A stretch of DNA of 19,207 nt from Candidatus Hodarchaeota archaeon (GCA_016840035.1 JAEOTC010000187.1:1-19207); one strand, 5' to 3'; shown: positions 1 through 9,276, counted from the stretch's first letter. Notes: a model not told the origin generated them from the letters alone. A program made the numbers and translations.

Positions 1-228
1 CCAAATCGTAAATAAACGAGTACTACGTCGATCAATGTCAGTAATATCCTCTGATTCACCATGAATATTTGTAAAATCAAGAGCACAAACACCAATTTCT
101 TCTATAACCGAAGGAATATGTGTTTCTTCTCCTTGGTATAACCGGTGATAGACACTCTCATTTTCGAATATGGCCATTTTTCCTCGCGGAATGGCTCTTT
201 CCCGACCGTCATGAAATTTCAGAATCAA
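1..228 (-). CDS. Hypothetical protein, N-terminal part (runs off the left edge)
   Basis: Manual translation gives an open frame from TTG at 228 (or ATG ~176) to position 1: LILKFHDGRERAIPRGKMAIFENESVYHRLYQGEETHIPSVIEEIGVCALDFTNIHGESEDITDIDRRSTRLFTIW. It is absent from the ORF track because it is truncated. Confidence 0.5.
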   Translation of the reverse strand, partial: MILKFHDGRERAIPRGKMAIFENESVYHRLYQGEETHIPSVIEEIGVCALDFTNIHGESEDITDIDRRSTRLFTIW

Positions 229-529
229 TTTCTACCACTCTTAGGAACACAACACACGGAAATAAATAAGTACGACCATAGAAATAGAGTTCTTTTTTCA
301 GTGTTTTCGACGAATTTTCAATATTCAAGGGATTTTCTAATCGAAATATTCGTAAGACTGTCTACTTGTTCTTTTGTCAGTGTTATATTGGCTTTAGTCC
401 TCTACAAAGAATTGGAAGAGAATCCAGTATTCATCAAGAACGTCAAATTTTTTCTCAGAAGTGGTTGGGAAGACCCAGTTCATTTACTTAAAGCACGGGC
501 TTGGATATTTCTCACCCTTCTTTTTAGGA

Positions 530-740
530 GGATGGATTTTCAGTGATCACGATCTTTTACACCAATTAGAGGAATTTTTATGATGGTATGGTACACCGAG
601 ATGCTCCGTGTATTTCTACACACTCCCACGAATCGCACACGGGCTATTGTTTCTAAGCAATGTGGAACTGGGCAGTTCTTTCTTGTTCTACAAGATATTA
701 CTTCAAAGAGTCGTGAAAAGTGTTAGGAATGACTTTTAGG
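530..740 (+). repeat. Structured intergenic element, copy R1 (diverged)
   Basis: Carries the blocks TAGAGGA, GTGTAtttcTACAC, CACGAATCGCACACGGGCTATT, TGTGGAA and AAGAGTCGT shared with other copies. Boundaries approximate. Confidence 0.85.
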
Positions 741-766
741 ATAAAAGAAGGAGAGAGCTTTGTTAA

Positions 767-1750
767 TTATCCAAAATTTCCAAACATTCTCGCTATCATC
801 TGCATCTGAGCTTTATCAGTCAACATATAGGCCCTACCAGGCACCATTATTGTATTTTCAGAAATTCCCATAGATACATGAGTTATAGTAAATCTTGTGG
901 GGTGGAGGTTCTGATTAGAAAGCCAATCACGCACACTTATCGGAGTTCCTGTATAAACAGGCATCGCTGGAACTGTAGGCCCGCTCGGATCCCCAGAGAC
1001 AGGTCTGGTGTGATAACCTAACTGTATCTTCCCATAGTGTTTTGCATACCATCCAAAAAGATCTTGATTCAGTCGATCACAGGTATGAAGCAATCCTACC
1101 TCATCGATAAGAAAATAAAGCATATTTGGCTCCAAAAAGGAACGCCAACCTGGTTTAATTAAGCCTTGCTCAATATGAGTAATCTTAAAGCGATTCGAAT
1201 CCAAATTCTTTGTTTTTAAATAGTCCTTTACCTTAATTTTCTTATTGACCATAAATGACTGAAAGGAGCGATCTACGTCAATTGATTTCGCTGACTTCCA
1301 AGAGGAAATTACAGGTAAAAGCACATTATGATACCAATGTAACGCGGCTTCTTCAGGAGGTGAATAAAATAAAATCTCAAACCCAAGTGAAGCTTTGCTG
1401 TCTAGTTTGAGATTTGAGAAATGCTGAGCATAATCTTCAGATTTACCGCCAGCATAAGTCTTTTCTGAAAGCTGAAGGTCTCCCTTTGAGTTACGGATTG
1501 GCTCCAGAGTGTTAAAAAGCTCCAAAAGTCGTATTGTGTCTTCTAGGAGTTCACTTCGTAGATTAAGAGTGATCTCCTCCTCTTTTTCAAGACTTCCAAT
1601 TTTTTCATAATTTGCTTGAATCCGGGGTACTAACTTAGAGATTTGCTGTTGAAATGCCCCAATTTCATACAGTGATAGAACTTCAAGAATTGAATCTATT
1701 AGAAGTTTATGAATACTTAGATTTGTAAAGGTGATTTCTTGTTTTCCCAT
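767..1750 (-). CDS. Hypothetical protein (327 aa) with a duplicated ~45-aa C-terminal module
   Basis: Long ORF with ATG start and upstream GAGGGAAAG. Internal repeat IKVKDYLKTKNLDSNRFKITH / ISVRDWLSNQNLHPTRFTITH. Confidence 0.85.
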   Translation of the reverse strand: MGKQEITFTNLSIHKLLIDSILEVLSLYEIGAFQQQISKLVPRIQANYEKIGSLEKEEEITLNLRSELLEDTIRLLELFNTLEPIRNSKGDLQLSEKTYAGGKSEDYAQHFSNLKLDSKASLGFEILFYSPPEEAALHWYHNVLLPVISSWKSAKSIDVDRSFQSFMVNKKIKVKDYLKTKNLDSNRFKITHIEQGLIKPGWRSFLEPNMLYFLIDEVGLLHTCDRLNQDLFGWYAKHYGKIQLGYHTRPVSGDPSGPTVPAMPVYTGTPISVRDWLSNQNLHPTRFTITHVSMGISENTIMVPGRAYMLTDKAQMQMIARMFGNFG

Positions 1751-1898
1751 ATCTTTCCCTCAAAGCTGCTCTCACCTTTACCTTTCTCTATTTTAATCTT
1801 TCTCATGATTTACTTTCGACAGAATTTTCAGCAAATGATAAAAATCTGGAATGATGAGTTTTATTCCACTGAAATATTGAATTAAATCAGTCAACTTT

Positions 1899-2140
1899 GA
1901 ATCTTGGGAACTTTCGTGAAAGATATCCCGTTGATAGAGGAGTTTTCGGATAAGAAATACGCGTGGACGGACGCTGACAGGCTCAGTGTTTATTACACAC
2001 TCTCACGAATCGTACACGGGCTATTAACCTTAGATTAGTGTGGAAATGGTCAATCCTCTCGTTTTTTTTAGGAAAAATAGCCTTCAGGAGTCGTTTAAAG
2101 TGTTCTGAAGAGCTTTCTGGTCTTCTGTCTGGTAGATTTC
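1899..2140 (+). repeat. Structured intergenic element, copy R2 (near full length)
   Basis: GGGA..TCCCGTTGATAGAGGAG, ACGCGTGG, GGGCTATT, GTGGAAA, TCCTCTCG, AATAGCC, GGAGTCGT, GTCTGG. Bases 1952-2023 are identical to 6166-6237. Confidence 0.95.
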
Positions 2141-2184
2141 TTTTTTTGATGAGTGATATCACTTTTATCACCTTGCACTCTTCA

Positions 2185-2198
2185 AAGTTTTATAAAGG
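2185..2198 (+). promoter_or_regulatory. Putative archaeal BRE/TATA promoter of the surface protein gene
   Basis: AAAGTTTTATAAAG upstream of ATG 2278. Confidence 0.4.
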
Positions 2199-2277
2199 AG
2201 CGAAGGATATCATCAAAGTGATCAGATTTGTGAGTTGTACGAATCCTCAGAAATTCGCTCTAATCGGTTTGACCTTT

Positions 2278-5088
2278 ATGAAATTAAGTAAAAAACCAGT
2301 GATAAACGTAAAATTGAATGTTCTAATCATTTTATATATCTTAGTGTCTTCAGGCCTTTCCACGTGGTTTGTTTTTGTACCCCCTCAGACACATCCTCTA
2401 GCATCCGATCCATTATCACCTAATAGGAATTTTGCTCTTCCTATGTTTTCCTATCTGACCCATAGCGCTATTTTCATTGATGGCAATTCTGCATTCATTT
2501 CGAATGCTACTGCTGAATCTTGGCCTGGAAATGGTTCTCTAGCTTCCCCCTATCAAATTAATAATTTCAACTTTACAGGTTCTTCTTCTGAAACTCTCAT
2601 TGAAATTCGGAATACTGACCTTTTTTTCAATATAAGTAATTGTTTCCTGGATCGGGGTAAATATAGCATTCTCTTTACTAATGTCACAAATGCGGTTGTT
2701 TATAATAATACTATTCAAAGAAGTAAGGGTCTGGTAGGCCAAGGGGATGCGATTGTTCTGTCTTCCTGTCTTTATAGTAATTTTACCCACAATCGGATTA
2801 TAGGCCATGACCATATCGCATTTAGCATTAGTAATTCAGATTTTCTTACTATTTCCTATAATAATATTTCTCACAATCGTTATGGAGGTATTTATCTCAG
2901 TAGTTCCCATAACAATACACTTACTTACAATTCTCTCCTCAATTCTTCCAATAACGGAATCTCCCTTGGAGCTTCACGAGATAATCTAGTGTCTAATAAT
3001 GTGCTCGAAGATCAAGGAAAAGGGCTCTACTTATCTTCTGGTTCTAATACCAATAATATTACTCATAATCAGCTCGGGAATATTGGTGACAACGGTATTC
3101 GTATTACCTCCTCATATTCCAACCGTCTAATTAATAATACTCTTAATGAAACTGCCCGGAATATCTTTCTACAGACTGCTCCGAATAATACTCTTATCGA
3201 TAATCATCTTGCTGTTTTAGGTATCCATATGTCTGGAGATACTCTAAAGGATTATCTACAAACCCAAGTCGTAAATAATTGGATTAATAACCGTCCCCTG
3301 ATCTTTTGGCAACATATCAATGGAGGGATTGTTCCATCTGCTGTTGGACAGGTAATATTACTTAATTGTACATTTATTGAAATCTCTAATCAAAATCTGT
3401 CTAATCTTACAAGCGCCTTACAATTTATATTTTGTAAAAACATGACTATTACTAATAACACTGTTTCTGATGCTGATTATAACGGCATCTATCTCTATAA
3501 TACACATATGAGCCTTATCCAAGGAAATAATTTCTATCGACCCGTTTCTATAGGCATTTACGTTGTTTATTCCCATAACAACTCTATTTTCGAAAATTCT
3601 ATCATTGAATGTGAAGACACCAGCTTGTATGTGTGGGGTTCTCATCAAAATAATTTCTCCCAAAATGCAATTACTCGTTCTCTTGGGTGGGGAATGCTTA
3701 TTGGTCAAGCAAATAATAATACAGTGATGTTGAATCGGTTCCAGAACTCTTCTTTTGAAGCTATTTACTGTTATGATTCAAATCGTAACCACATTGAACG
3801 AAATGATTTTCTTTTCAATAATCTCGGTAGTTCTCAAGCTTTTGATGACCAAACCAATCCTTCCTTGAAGAATATTTTCTCGTATAACTACTGGAACACT
3901 TGGACTACTCCTGATAATGATTCAGATCGGATAGTGGATCACCCATATGAGATTGGTGGATCGGCCAACAATCAGGATCTCTACCCATTGACGCTTCCGT
4001 ATCTTCTATTTGTACATAAGGTTACACCTCCCATTTTGGTTAATCCCAACGGAGGAGAAATTTTATCAGGAATGATTACGATTCAATGGGCGATGTCTAT
4101 TGATTCTTGGGATCACAACATTAGCTATACCCTTTACTATTCTTCTGACAATGGTTCTTCATGGCATTTACTTCAGACTGGTCTATCAGTGACTACTTAT
4201 GATTGGGATACAAATACAGTTGCTGATGGTTCTGAATATCTGATAAAAGTTGTTGCTAATTGCTCTGAAGGATTATTCTCGACTGATTTTTCTGATAGTC
4301 CTTTTATAATAAAGAATTTGAAGCATGTATTATCCATACCTCATGTTCTCTATCCTAATGGTGGTGAAATCCTGTCTGGGGAGATTTCCATTCATTGGAA
4401 TACTGCCACTGATTCATGGAACCATTTAGTGCTATATAGTATATATTATTCTTCCAATAATGGCTCTACTTGGAGTTTACTCACGTCTGATGTTGTTTCC
4501 GATGTGTATAATTGGAATATTTCAGCTTTGGATAAAGGAAATTATCTTATCAAGGTTGTAGCCAATTGCATAGGTGGTTTAACTACTGCTGATATTTCTG
4601 ATAATACTTTTAGCATAACAGATATAGATCATAGTATTTCACCTCCACAGATTATTTATCCCAATGGGGGAGAAATCCTTTCAGGTAATGTTCAATTTCA
4701 ATGGACTGAGGCTGTTGATTCACTCAATCATCCAATTACTTATGATCTCTACCTTTCGTATGATAATGGTGTTTCTTGGTTTGAATTGGGGAGCAGCCTA
4801 ATGACTTCTAGTTACTTGTGGAATTCTACAAGTGTTGCTGATGGGGGAACTTATTTGATAAAAATTCAAGCTACTTGTTCTGAGGGATTTATAGGTGAAG
4901 ATATTTCTGACAATGTTTTTTCAATTCAGAATGTTCTCAAGACTACAACGGAATCTCCCACCGTTCCACCAGAGACCTCAGCCACTTCAACAACCACAAC
5001 TACTTCTGACCGAAGTAGTCCCTCTTGGTCTTTCATTTTAGTATTTATTTCCTTACTCGGTCTTTTCATATCTAATAAGCGTGACTGA
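2278..5088 (+). CDS. Cell-surface protein: N-terminal TM/signal, NosD/pectin-lyase-like right-handed beta-helix, three PNGGE Ig/FN3-like domains, Ser/Thr linker, C-terminal membrane anchor
   Basis: Repeated GIYLxxSxNNxIxxN motifs, GNGSLASPYQI, three (N/Y)PNGGEILSG repeats, and TTTESPT..PSWSFILVFISLLGLFISNKRD tail. Start moved from 2038 (GTG inside repeat R2) to ATG 2278, just before the hydrophobic segment. Confidence 0.9.
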   Translation: MKLSKKPVINVKLNVLIILYILVSSGLSTWFVFVPPQTHPLASDPLSPNRNFALPMFSYLTHSAIFIDGNSAFISNATAESWPGNGSLASPYQINNFNFTGSSSETLIEIRNTDLFFNISNCFLDRGKYSILFTNVTNAVVYNNTIQRSKGLVGQGDAIVLSSCLYSNFTHNRIIGHDHIAFSISNSDFLTISYNNISHNRYGGIYLSSSHNNTLTYNSLLNSSNNGISLGASRDNLVSNNVLEDQGKGLYLSSGSNTNNITHNQLGNIGDNGIRITSSYSNRLINNTLNETARNIFLQTAPNNTLIDNHLAVLGIHMSGDTLKDYLQTQVVNNWINNRPLIFWQHINGGIVPSAVGQVILLNCTFIEISNQNLSNLTSALQFIFCKNMTITNNTVSDADYNGIYLYNTHMSLIQGNNFYRPVSIGIYVVYSHNNSIFENSIIECEDTSLYVWGSHQNNFSQNAITRSLGWGMLIGQANNNTVMLNRFQNSSFEAIYCYDSNRNHIERNDFLFNNLGSSQAFDDQTNPSLKNIFSYNYWNTWTTPDNDSDRIVDHPYEIGGSANNQDLYPLTLPYLLFVHKVTPPILVNPNGGEILSGMITIQWAMSIDSWDHNISYTLYYSSDNGSSWHLLQTGLSVTTYDWDTNTVADGSEYLIKVVANCSEGLFSTDFSDSPFIIKNLKHVLSIPHVLYPNGGEILSGEISIHWNTATDSWNHLVLYSIYYSSNNGSTWSLLTSDVVSDVYNWNISALDKGNYLIKVVANCIGGLTTADISDNTFSITDIDHSISPPQIIYPNGGEILSGNVQFQWTEAVDSLNHPITYDLYLSYDNGVSWFELGSSLMTSSYLWNSTSVADGGTYLIKIQATCSEGFIGEDISDNVFSIQNVLKTTTESPTVPPETSATSTTTTTSDRSSPSWSFILVFISLLGLFISNKRD
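4015..4930 (+). repeat. Three tandem ~102-aa Ig/FN3-like domain repeats inside the surface protein
   Basis: H-x-(V/L/I)-(T/S)-x-P...PNGGEILSG...W...D...Y...S(D/N)NG.SW......Y.W......G.YLIK..A.C..G....D.SD..F.I at ~306-309 nt spacing. Confidence 0.85.
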
Positions 5089-5143
5089 AACTGAAAGATT
5101 CTCTTTGATTGGCCTTCTATTCTTCCATTTCCTTTGCAAGAAT

Positions 5144-5284
5144 AATCGCACAAGGGCTATTGTTTCTAATCAATGTGGAAATCCTCCGTCCTCTCGTTTT
5201 CTAGAAGAAATAGCCTCAAGGAGTCGTAAACGTGTGTGAATATAATAAAAAGAGAATTCGGGTCTTATGTCTGGTGGTCACTGC
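5144..5284 (+). repeat. Structured intergenic element, copy R3 (5'-truncated)
   Basis: AATCGCACAAGGGCTATTG..TGTGGAAA..TCCTCTCG..AATAGCCTCAAGGAGTCGT..GTCTTATGTCTGGTGGTCAC. Confidence 0.92.
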
Positions 5285-5349
5285 TTATTGGTGATATCGT
5301 GAAGAGTATCTAAAGTGTGTTTTAGGTGTTTACGGGATCTTCGTCAAAA

Positions 5350-5757
5350 TTAATAAAGGTAGGTCTTTATTTTTAAATTCTGGATTGGAGGTAAATTTTT
5401 TTCGGTAGTATGTAGGACCAGTTTCTCATTTAAGGCATAGGCGATAACCAGACAATCAAAGTATGATAGAATGCGTCGATATTGGCATTTTAAACCTCCT
5501 GCTTTTAGGAGAGTATCATTCGTAATAGGGACCAGTACGAGGGGATAATTCAACTGTAAGGCACTTATACTGGCTTCTGCGAAAGATTTTCCTTTTGCAA
5601 TGCATAAATGGTTAAATACCTCTACTAAGATGGGGGAAATGACATATGCTTCAGTTTTTTGGTGTTTAATTTCTTGCATTAATTTTGTTATTTCTTTTGG
5701 TTCATCTCTGGTAAAATGTAGAGTCAGGGGTCCTGTATCAAGACAGATGGCTTTCAT
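5350..5757 (-). CDS. vapC: PIN-domain ribonuclease toxin (VapC family)
   Basis: N-terminal CLDTG, conserved E (ILVEV), LSYFDC and LHTTE. 135 aa. Overlaps the upstream AbrB-type gene by 4 nt. Confidence 0.88.
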   Translation of the reverse strand: MKAICLDTGPLTLHFTRDEPKEITKLMQEIKHQKTEAYVISPILVEVFNHLCIAKGKSFAEASISALQLNYPLVLVPITNDTLLKAGGLKCQYRRILSYFDCLVIAYALNEKLVLHTTEKNLPPIQNLKIKTYLY

Positions 5758-5996
5758 TTTTCTTCTAGCTCCAGTTCTTCTTCTCTGGATCTTTTCAGAA
5801 TTTCCATCATTTCTTTTGTGGTTAATGATCTGTTCTGAAGACTTTCAATAGATTCTACTGGAACAATTCTCAACATTCCTTCATCCTCAATGACTATTAC
5901 CTGATCACCATCCTTTAATCCAAATTTTTTTCGAAGGTTAGCAGGGATAGTGATCATCCCTCTATTTGTCACTTTTACTATTCCATCAAGTGTCAC
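5754..5996 (-). CDS. vapB: AbrB/MazE/SpoVT-family antitoxin (VapB)
   Basis: KVTNRGMITIPANLRKKFGLKDGDQV is a classic AbrB swapped-hairpin signature. Acidic C-terminus. Confidence 0.9.
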   Translation of the reverse strand: MTLDGIVKVTNRGMITIPANLRKKFGLKDGDQVIVIEDEGMLRIVPVESIESLQNRSLTTKEMMEILKRSREEELELEEK

Positions 5997-6028
5997 ATCA
6001 AATCACTTAGCAAATAAGTGAATATGCA

Positions 6029-6044
6029 AGTATTTAAGCTTTTT
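6029..6044 (-). promoter_or_regulatory. Putative BRE/TATA promoter of the first vapBC pair
   Basis: Minus-strand AAAAAGCTTAAATA about 35 nt upstream of the 5996 start. Confidence 0.5.
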
Positions 6045-6111
6045 GTTTAGCGATTTCCTTATCTCACATATAGTCTTTTAGGGAGAAAATATAGATTGAA
6101 GTGAACGAAAA

Positions 6112-6348
6112 CGAGTGCGGGGATGTTTCTTCAAAAAAATCCCGTTGATAGAGGAGTTTTCTTTAAAGAAATACGCGTGGACGGACGCTGACAGGCTCAG
6201 TGTTTATTACACACTCTCACGAATCGTACACGGGCTACTAAATAAAATTTAGTGTGGAAATGGTCAGTCCTCTCGTTTTCTTCCAACAAGAGCCTCAAGG
6301 AGTCATCAATGTGTGTTTCTTCTGATTTTATGTCTGGTGGTCACTTTC
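6112..6348 (+). repeat. Structured intergenic element, copy R4 (near full length)
   Basis: GAGTGCGGGGAT..ATCCCGTTGATAGAGGAG through TATGTCTGGTGGTCAC. 72-nt identity with R2. Confidence 0.95.
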
Positions 6349-6375
6349 TCATTTTAAAATCAATGAATTATAGTT

Positions 6376-6590
6376 TCACCATCTTTCTGCCCGTTTTTTC
6401 CTCCGAGGATGCGGTTTTCGGGTCCGAAACATACTGAGCTTCTTACGTGGCTTATCCCCTTTAGTCTTCTTCTTATAATGGACGACTTCCCCCCGTTTTA
6501 ACCGTCTTCCCATTTTTTTCCCGTTCCCTGTAGAGGGCCTGATATTTTTGAATCATCAGACCGTTTCTCACCTTTCCTATGTCTAATCAT
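6376..6590 (-). pseudogene. Decayed, frameshifted small HNH endonuclease-like gene
   Basis: Two frames join as MIRHRKGEKRSDDSKISGPLQGTGKK / MGRRLKRGEVVHYKKKTKGDKPRKKLSMFRTRKPHPRRKKRAERW. This resembles the KKLGRxLxxGEVVHHxxxxKxDNxxxNL pattern of HNH_3-type nucleases, but with catalytic residues altered. Confidence 0.5.
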
Positions 6591-6639
6591 CCTTACTATG
6601 GTTCTCTTTACCTTTTTCCTTATCCTTTTGATTTCTGGT

Positions 6640-6663
6640 GAGTCGAATTCAGCTGAATGACTC
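6640..6663 (-). terminator. Inverted repeat downstream of the hydrolase gene
   Basis: GAGTC-GA-ATTCAG|CTGAAT-GACTC, about 15 nt after the stop at 6678. Confidence 0.3.
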
Positions 6664-6677
6664 GGTTATTGTAGATT

Positions 6678-7280
6678 TCAATCATAGATTACCCCTGTAA
6701 CTGCTTTCTTTAATCGGAAAATCCTTTTAATCCTACTATCTTCACGTTGATTTTGTTTTTCTATCCAAATTCCGACATCTTCATGATACTTAAACCATAG
6801 AATTACTGTCATCACCACTTCGATACCATTCCCCTGTATAGATTTCAGATTAAAATCCGCAAATAAATGGGAAAACCAAGAACATTCAATAATCACTAAA
6901 ATGAGTAGTGCTGAAGTTACATCAATTTTCCTGAGAGCTATTCCAAAAATACTTATTATTAACAGAATTATCAAACCGATTAGAAAAAAATCTCCGGAAT
7001 GAGTTATCCCCCGATGTTCAATATCGAATATTCCGTTATCTAAATAATCTGAGATATTGAATTCGGCTGTTATCTGGGTTATGAAATCTGCTGGAAAAAC
7101 AAATATTGTTGTATCAATATTAATACCGTGAAACCCCCCCAGAAGGATATCAATGTCTGGAAGGAGTCCGCTTATCATTCCTAATGTGAGGTATCTCATT
7201 TTTAGTTCCCTTTGAAAGAGGCTCAGAAAGAAAACCGAAATTAACCCTCCTAGCAATAAATGGGTGTAAAAGCCAGGCAA
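6678..7280 (-). CDS. Membrane-bound metal-dependent hydrolase (YdjM/LexA-binding family)
   Basis: Motifs TH, LPDID, HRGITHS and SHLFAD, with several TM segments. Confidence 0.88.
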   Translation of the reverse strand: MPGFYTHLLLGGLISVFFLSLFQRELKMRYLTLGMISGLLPDIDILLGGFHGINIDTTIFVFPADFITQITAEFNISDYLDNGIFDIEHRGITHSGDFFLIGLIILLIISIFGIALRKIDVTSALLILVIIECSWFSHLFADFNLKSIQGNGIEVVMTVILWFKYHEDVGIWIEKQNQREDSRIKRIFRLKKAVTGVIYD

Positions 7281-7765
7281 TATGTTCTTTTCCTTATTAA
7301 ATGTATCTTACTTAGTTTTTAATTGGGTTATGAATTTAGATCAATGCCTAGCTCTGATATATTGTCAACTTCTTGTCATTCAAAGCTATATTTACTCTTT
7401 TGTAAGATCATTCAAGGTACAGTTATTACTTATCAGTTATATTGAAGAAATTAATTTTATTCGGTGCTTAGACATATCCGACAAAATTAGCGTATTGTTT
7501 TTCTCCCCAGATCTATAATTTTTAATGAAATATCTACTATTATAAGAGAGTGTTAATTGATTTACAGACATAAGAAAATACCGATTAATTTGGTGTGTAC
7601 TATAGAATAAACTGATCCCCTATTAATACATTGTCATTGATGAAAGAGTAGATCTAAAGCTAGCGAGAGCTCTCCCTCAATAAAATCGACAAAACAAAGA
7701 AATTATTGATGGGGATTGAGCGTACGTAACGCCTTTTCCTATTAACTTAATACAGAATAAATCAC

Positions 7766-7836
7766 TCTTTAGCTTTAAAGAAGGAAAGTTTCATTCCTCT
7801 CGTGTTTATGTAGAATTAGCCTCCAGGAGTTGTAAT
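7766..7836 (+). repeat. Structured intergenic element, copy R5 (internal fragment)
   Basis: Hairpin TCTTTA-GCTT-TAAAGA, then GGAAAGTTTCATTCCTCTCG..TAGCCTCCAGGAGTTGT. Confidence 0.8.
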
Positions 7837-7849
7837 CATAGATGGAAGG

Positions 7850-7894
7850 GATAAGAATTATATATGAGATATGTTTCATGTGATATGAGATATG
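7850..7894 (+). promoter_or_regulatory. TATA promoter with direct-repeat operator of the second vapBC pair
   Basis: GATAAGAATTATATAT, with ATATGAGATATG at 7862-7873 and 7883-7894 directly before ATG 7896. Confidence 0.65.
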
Positions 7895-7895
7895 A

Positions 7896-8141
7896 ATGAT
7901 GACATCACATGAAAAAGTAGTTCAAACTACCCTGTCTCCCGAGGAACACGCGATTCTTCGTGATTATGCGACTCAACATGATCTATCTATTAAAGAAGCA
8001 GTAAAGATAGCTATTCTTGCTCTTCTCAAGAGTGATCAGATTGAGGCAAATGATCCCTATTTTTCTTTGAAAACTAAATCATTTGTTACCGTTGAGAAGG
8101 CCTCTCAAGAAGTAGATCGAATTATCTACAAAGTTGACTAA
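7896..8141 (+). CDS. Ribbon-helix-helix (CopG-like) antitoxin
   Basis: KVVQTTLSPEEHAILRDYATQHDLSIKEAVKIAI fits a beta-alpha-alpha pattern. C-terminal ASQEVDRIIY is typical of archaeal VapB. Lies directly upstream of a PIN gene. Confidence 0.82.
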   Translation: MMTSHEKVVQTTLSPEEHAILRDYATQHDLSIKEAVKIAILALLKSDQIEANDPYFSLKTKSFVTVEKASQEVDRIIYKVD

Positions 8142-8173
8142 GTTTCTATTATTTTCGTGGTTAAGGTGTAAAA

Positions 8174-8578
8174 ATGATTTTTGTTGATACGGGTGCATTT
8201 TTTGCTTCTAAAGTGTCTAATGATATCAATCATTCTTCCGCTCTTCTAATTGAAGGGCAAATCCAGGAGGGAAGATATGGGAAGATGATCACAACGAATT
8301 ACATTCTTGATGAGCTTTTCACGTTGTTACGGGGTCGTGTGGTTCATAATGAACTTACTCAAATTGGCGAATCTATTAGAAACTCACCTAACATCCGAAT
8401 TATCTGGATCCAAGAAGCATTAGAAGCAAAAGGGTGGGAATTTTTCAAGCAACACCAGGATAAAACCTTTAGTTTTACTGACTGTATGAGTTTTGTCGTT
8501 ATGCAGACTTTAAACATAACTATTGCCTTTACCTATGATTCCCATTTTGAACAGGTTGGTTTCCAAATTATCCAATGA
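8174..8578 (+). CDS. vapC: PIN-domain ribonuclease toxin (VapC family)
   Basis: MIFVDTGAF, ILDE, FSFTDCMSF and AFTYDSHFEQVGF give a complete acidic tetrad. Confidence 0.93.
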   Translation: MIFVDTGAFFASKVSNDINHSSALLIEGQIQEGRYGKMITTNYILDELFTLLRGRVVHNELTQIGESIRNSPNIRIIWIQEALEAKGWEFFKQHQDKTFSFTDCMSFVVMQTLNITIAFTYDSHFEQVGFQIIQ

Positions 8579-8582
8579 ATCC

Positions 8583-8835
8583 ACGGTAACCCTGTGATGG
8601 TAGACAAGTGCTGGGATAATTCGTTGAGAATAATCCCGTTGATAGAGGTGCGTTCTTTAAGGAATACGCGTGGAGGTTTTCCGACATGTTCAGTCTATTT
8701 TAGCACTCTCGCTCCTCGTACATGGTCTATTTCTTACTAGAAAGGTGGAAAGGGTCAGCCCTCTCGTTAATTGACCTCAAAGAGTCGTAGTGATGTGTTA
8801 GAATTGAGTGTTTGTCTTCTGTCTGGTGGCCGTTC
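8583..8835 (+). repeat. Structured intergenic element, copy R6 (full length)
   Basis: ACGGTAACCCTGTGATGGTA..AGTGCTGGGAT..ATCCCGTTGATAGAGG..ACGCGTGG..GTGGAAA..CCTCTCG..GAGTCGT..GTCTGGTGG. Starts 4 nt after the vapC stop. Confidence 0.93.
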
Positions 8836-8979
8836 TCAATCTCTTAACAGTATCGTCAGCACTCAGAGATAAAGCTTATATATATGAAAACTTGTAATTA
8901 CAGATTCTGATTGAAATTCTATACTATTTTATCAGAAAGATGTCAATAACAAGTTAGAAGTTCGTTAGGAGGAAATTTT

Positions 8980-9276
8980 ATGCCTATTTATGTAGTTTTA
9001 GGAAATTATACTCAAAAGGGAGTTGAGGGAGTAAAAGAAACAGATAATAAACTCAATTTAACGTATGAGTGGATTAAAGATTATCAAGGTGAAGTTAAAC
9101 AGCTTTTTTATACTTTTGGCCAATATGATTTTGTCACCATTGTTGATTTTCCTGATAATAACGCCATGATGAAAGCGGCTCTTAGACTTGCGAAATCAGG
9201 AGAAGTTCGGACGGAAACATTGATTACAATATCTGCAGAGGATTATGTTTCTCTTACCAAAGAATTACCAGACTAA
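8980..9276 (+). CDS. GYD-domain protein
   Basis: MPIYVVLGNYTQKG..YTFGQYDFVTIVDFPD..GEVRTETL. RBS AGGAGG and upstream TATA (TTATATA ~8876). Confidence 0.9.
   Translation: MPIYVVLGNYTQKGVEGVKETDNKLNLTYEWIKDYQGEVKQLFYTFGQYDFVTIVDFPDNNAMMKAALRLAKSGEVRTETLITISAEDYVSLTKELPD

Noticed and set aside
145-546. 133-aa + strand ORF
   Set aside because: No motif and an F/S/L-rich shadow-like composition. It overlaps the more protein-like minus-strand frame at 1-228 and the start of R1.
2038-2277. 80-aa N-terminal extension of the surface protein
   Set aside because: It starts inside repeat R2 (the same MWKWS peptide recurs at 6252), and a TATA box lies within it.
7282-7760. 78-aa ORF and possible gene remnant in the AT-rich gap
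   Set aside because: Low-complexity hydrophobic translation and multiple stops, with no recognisable homology.
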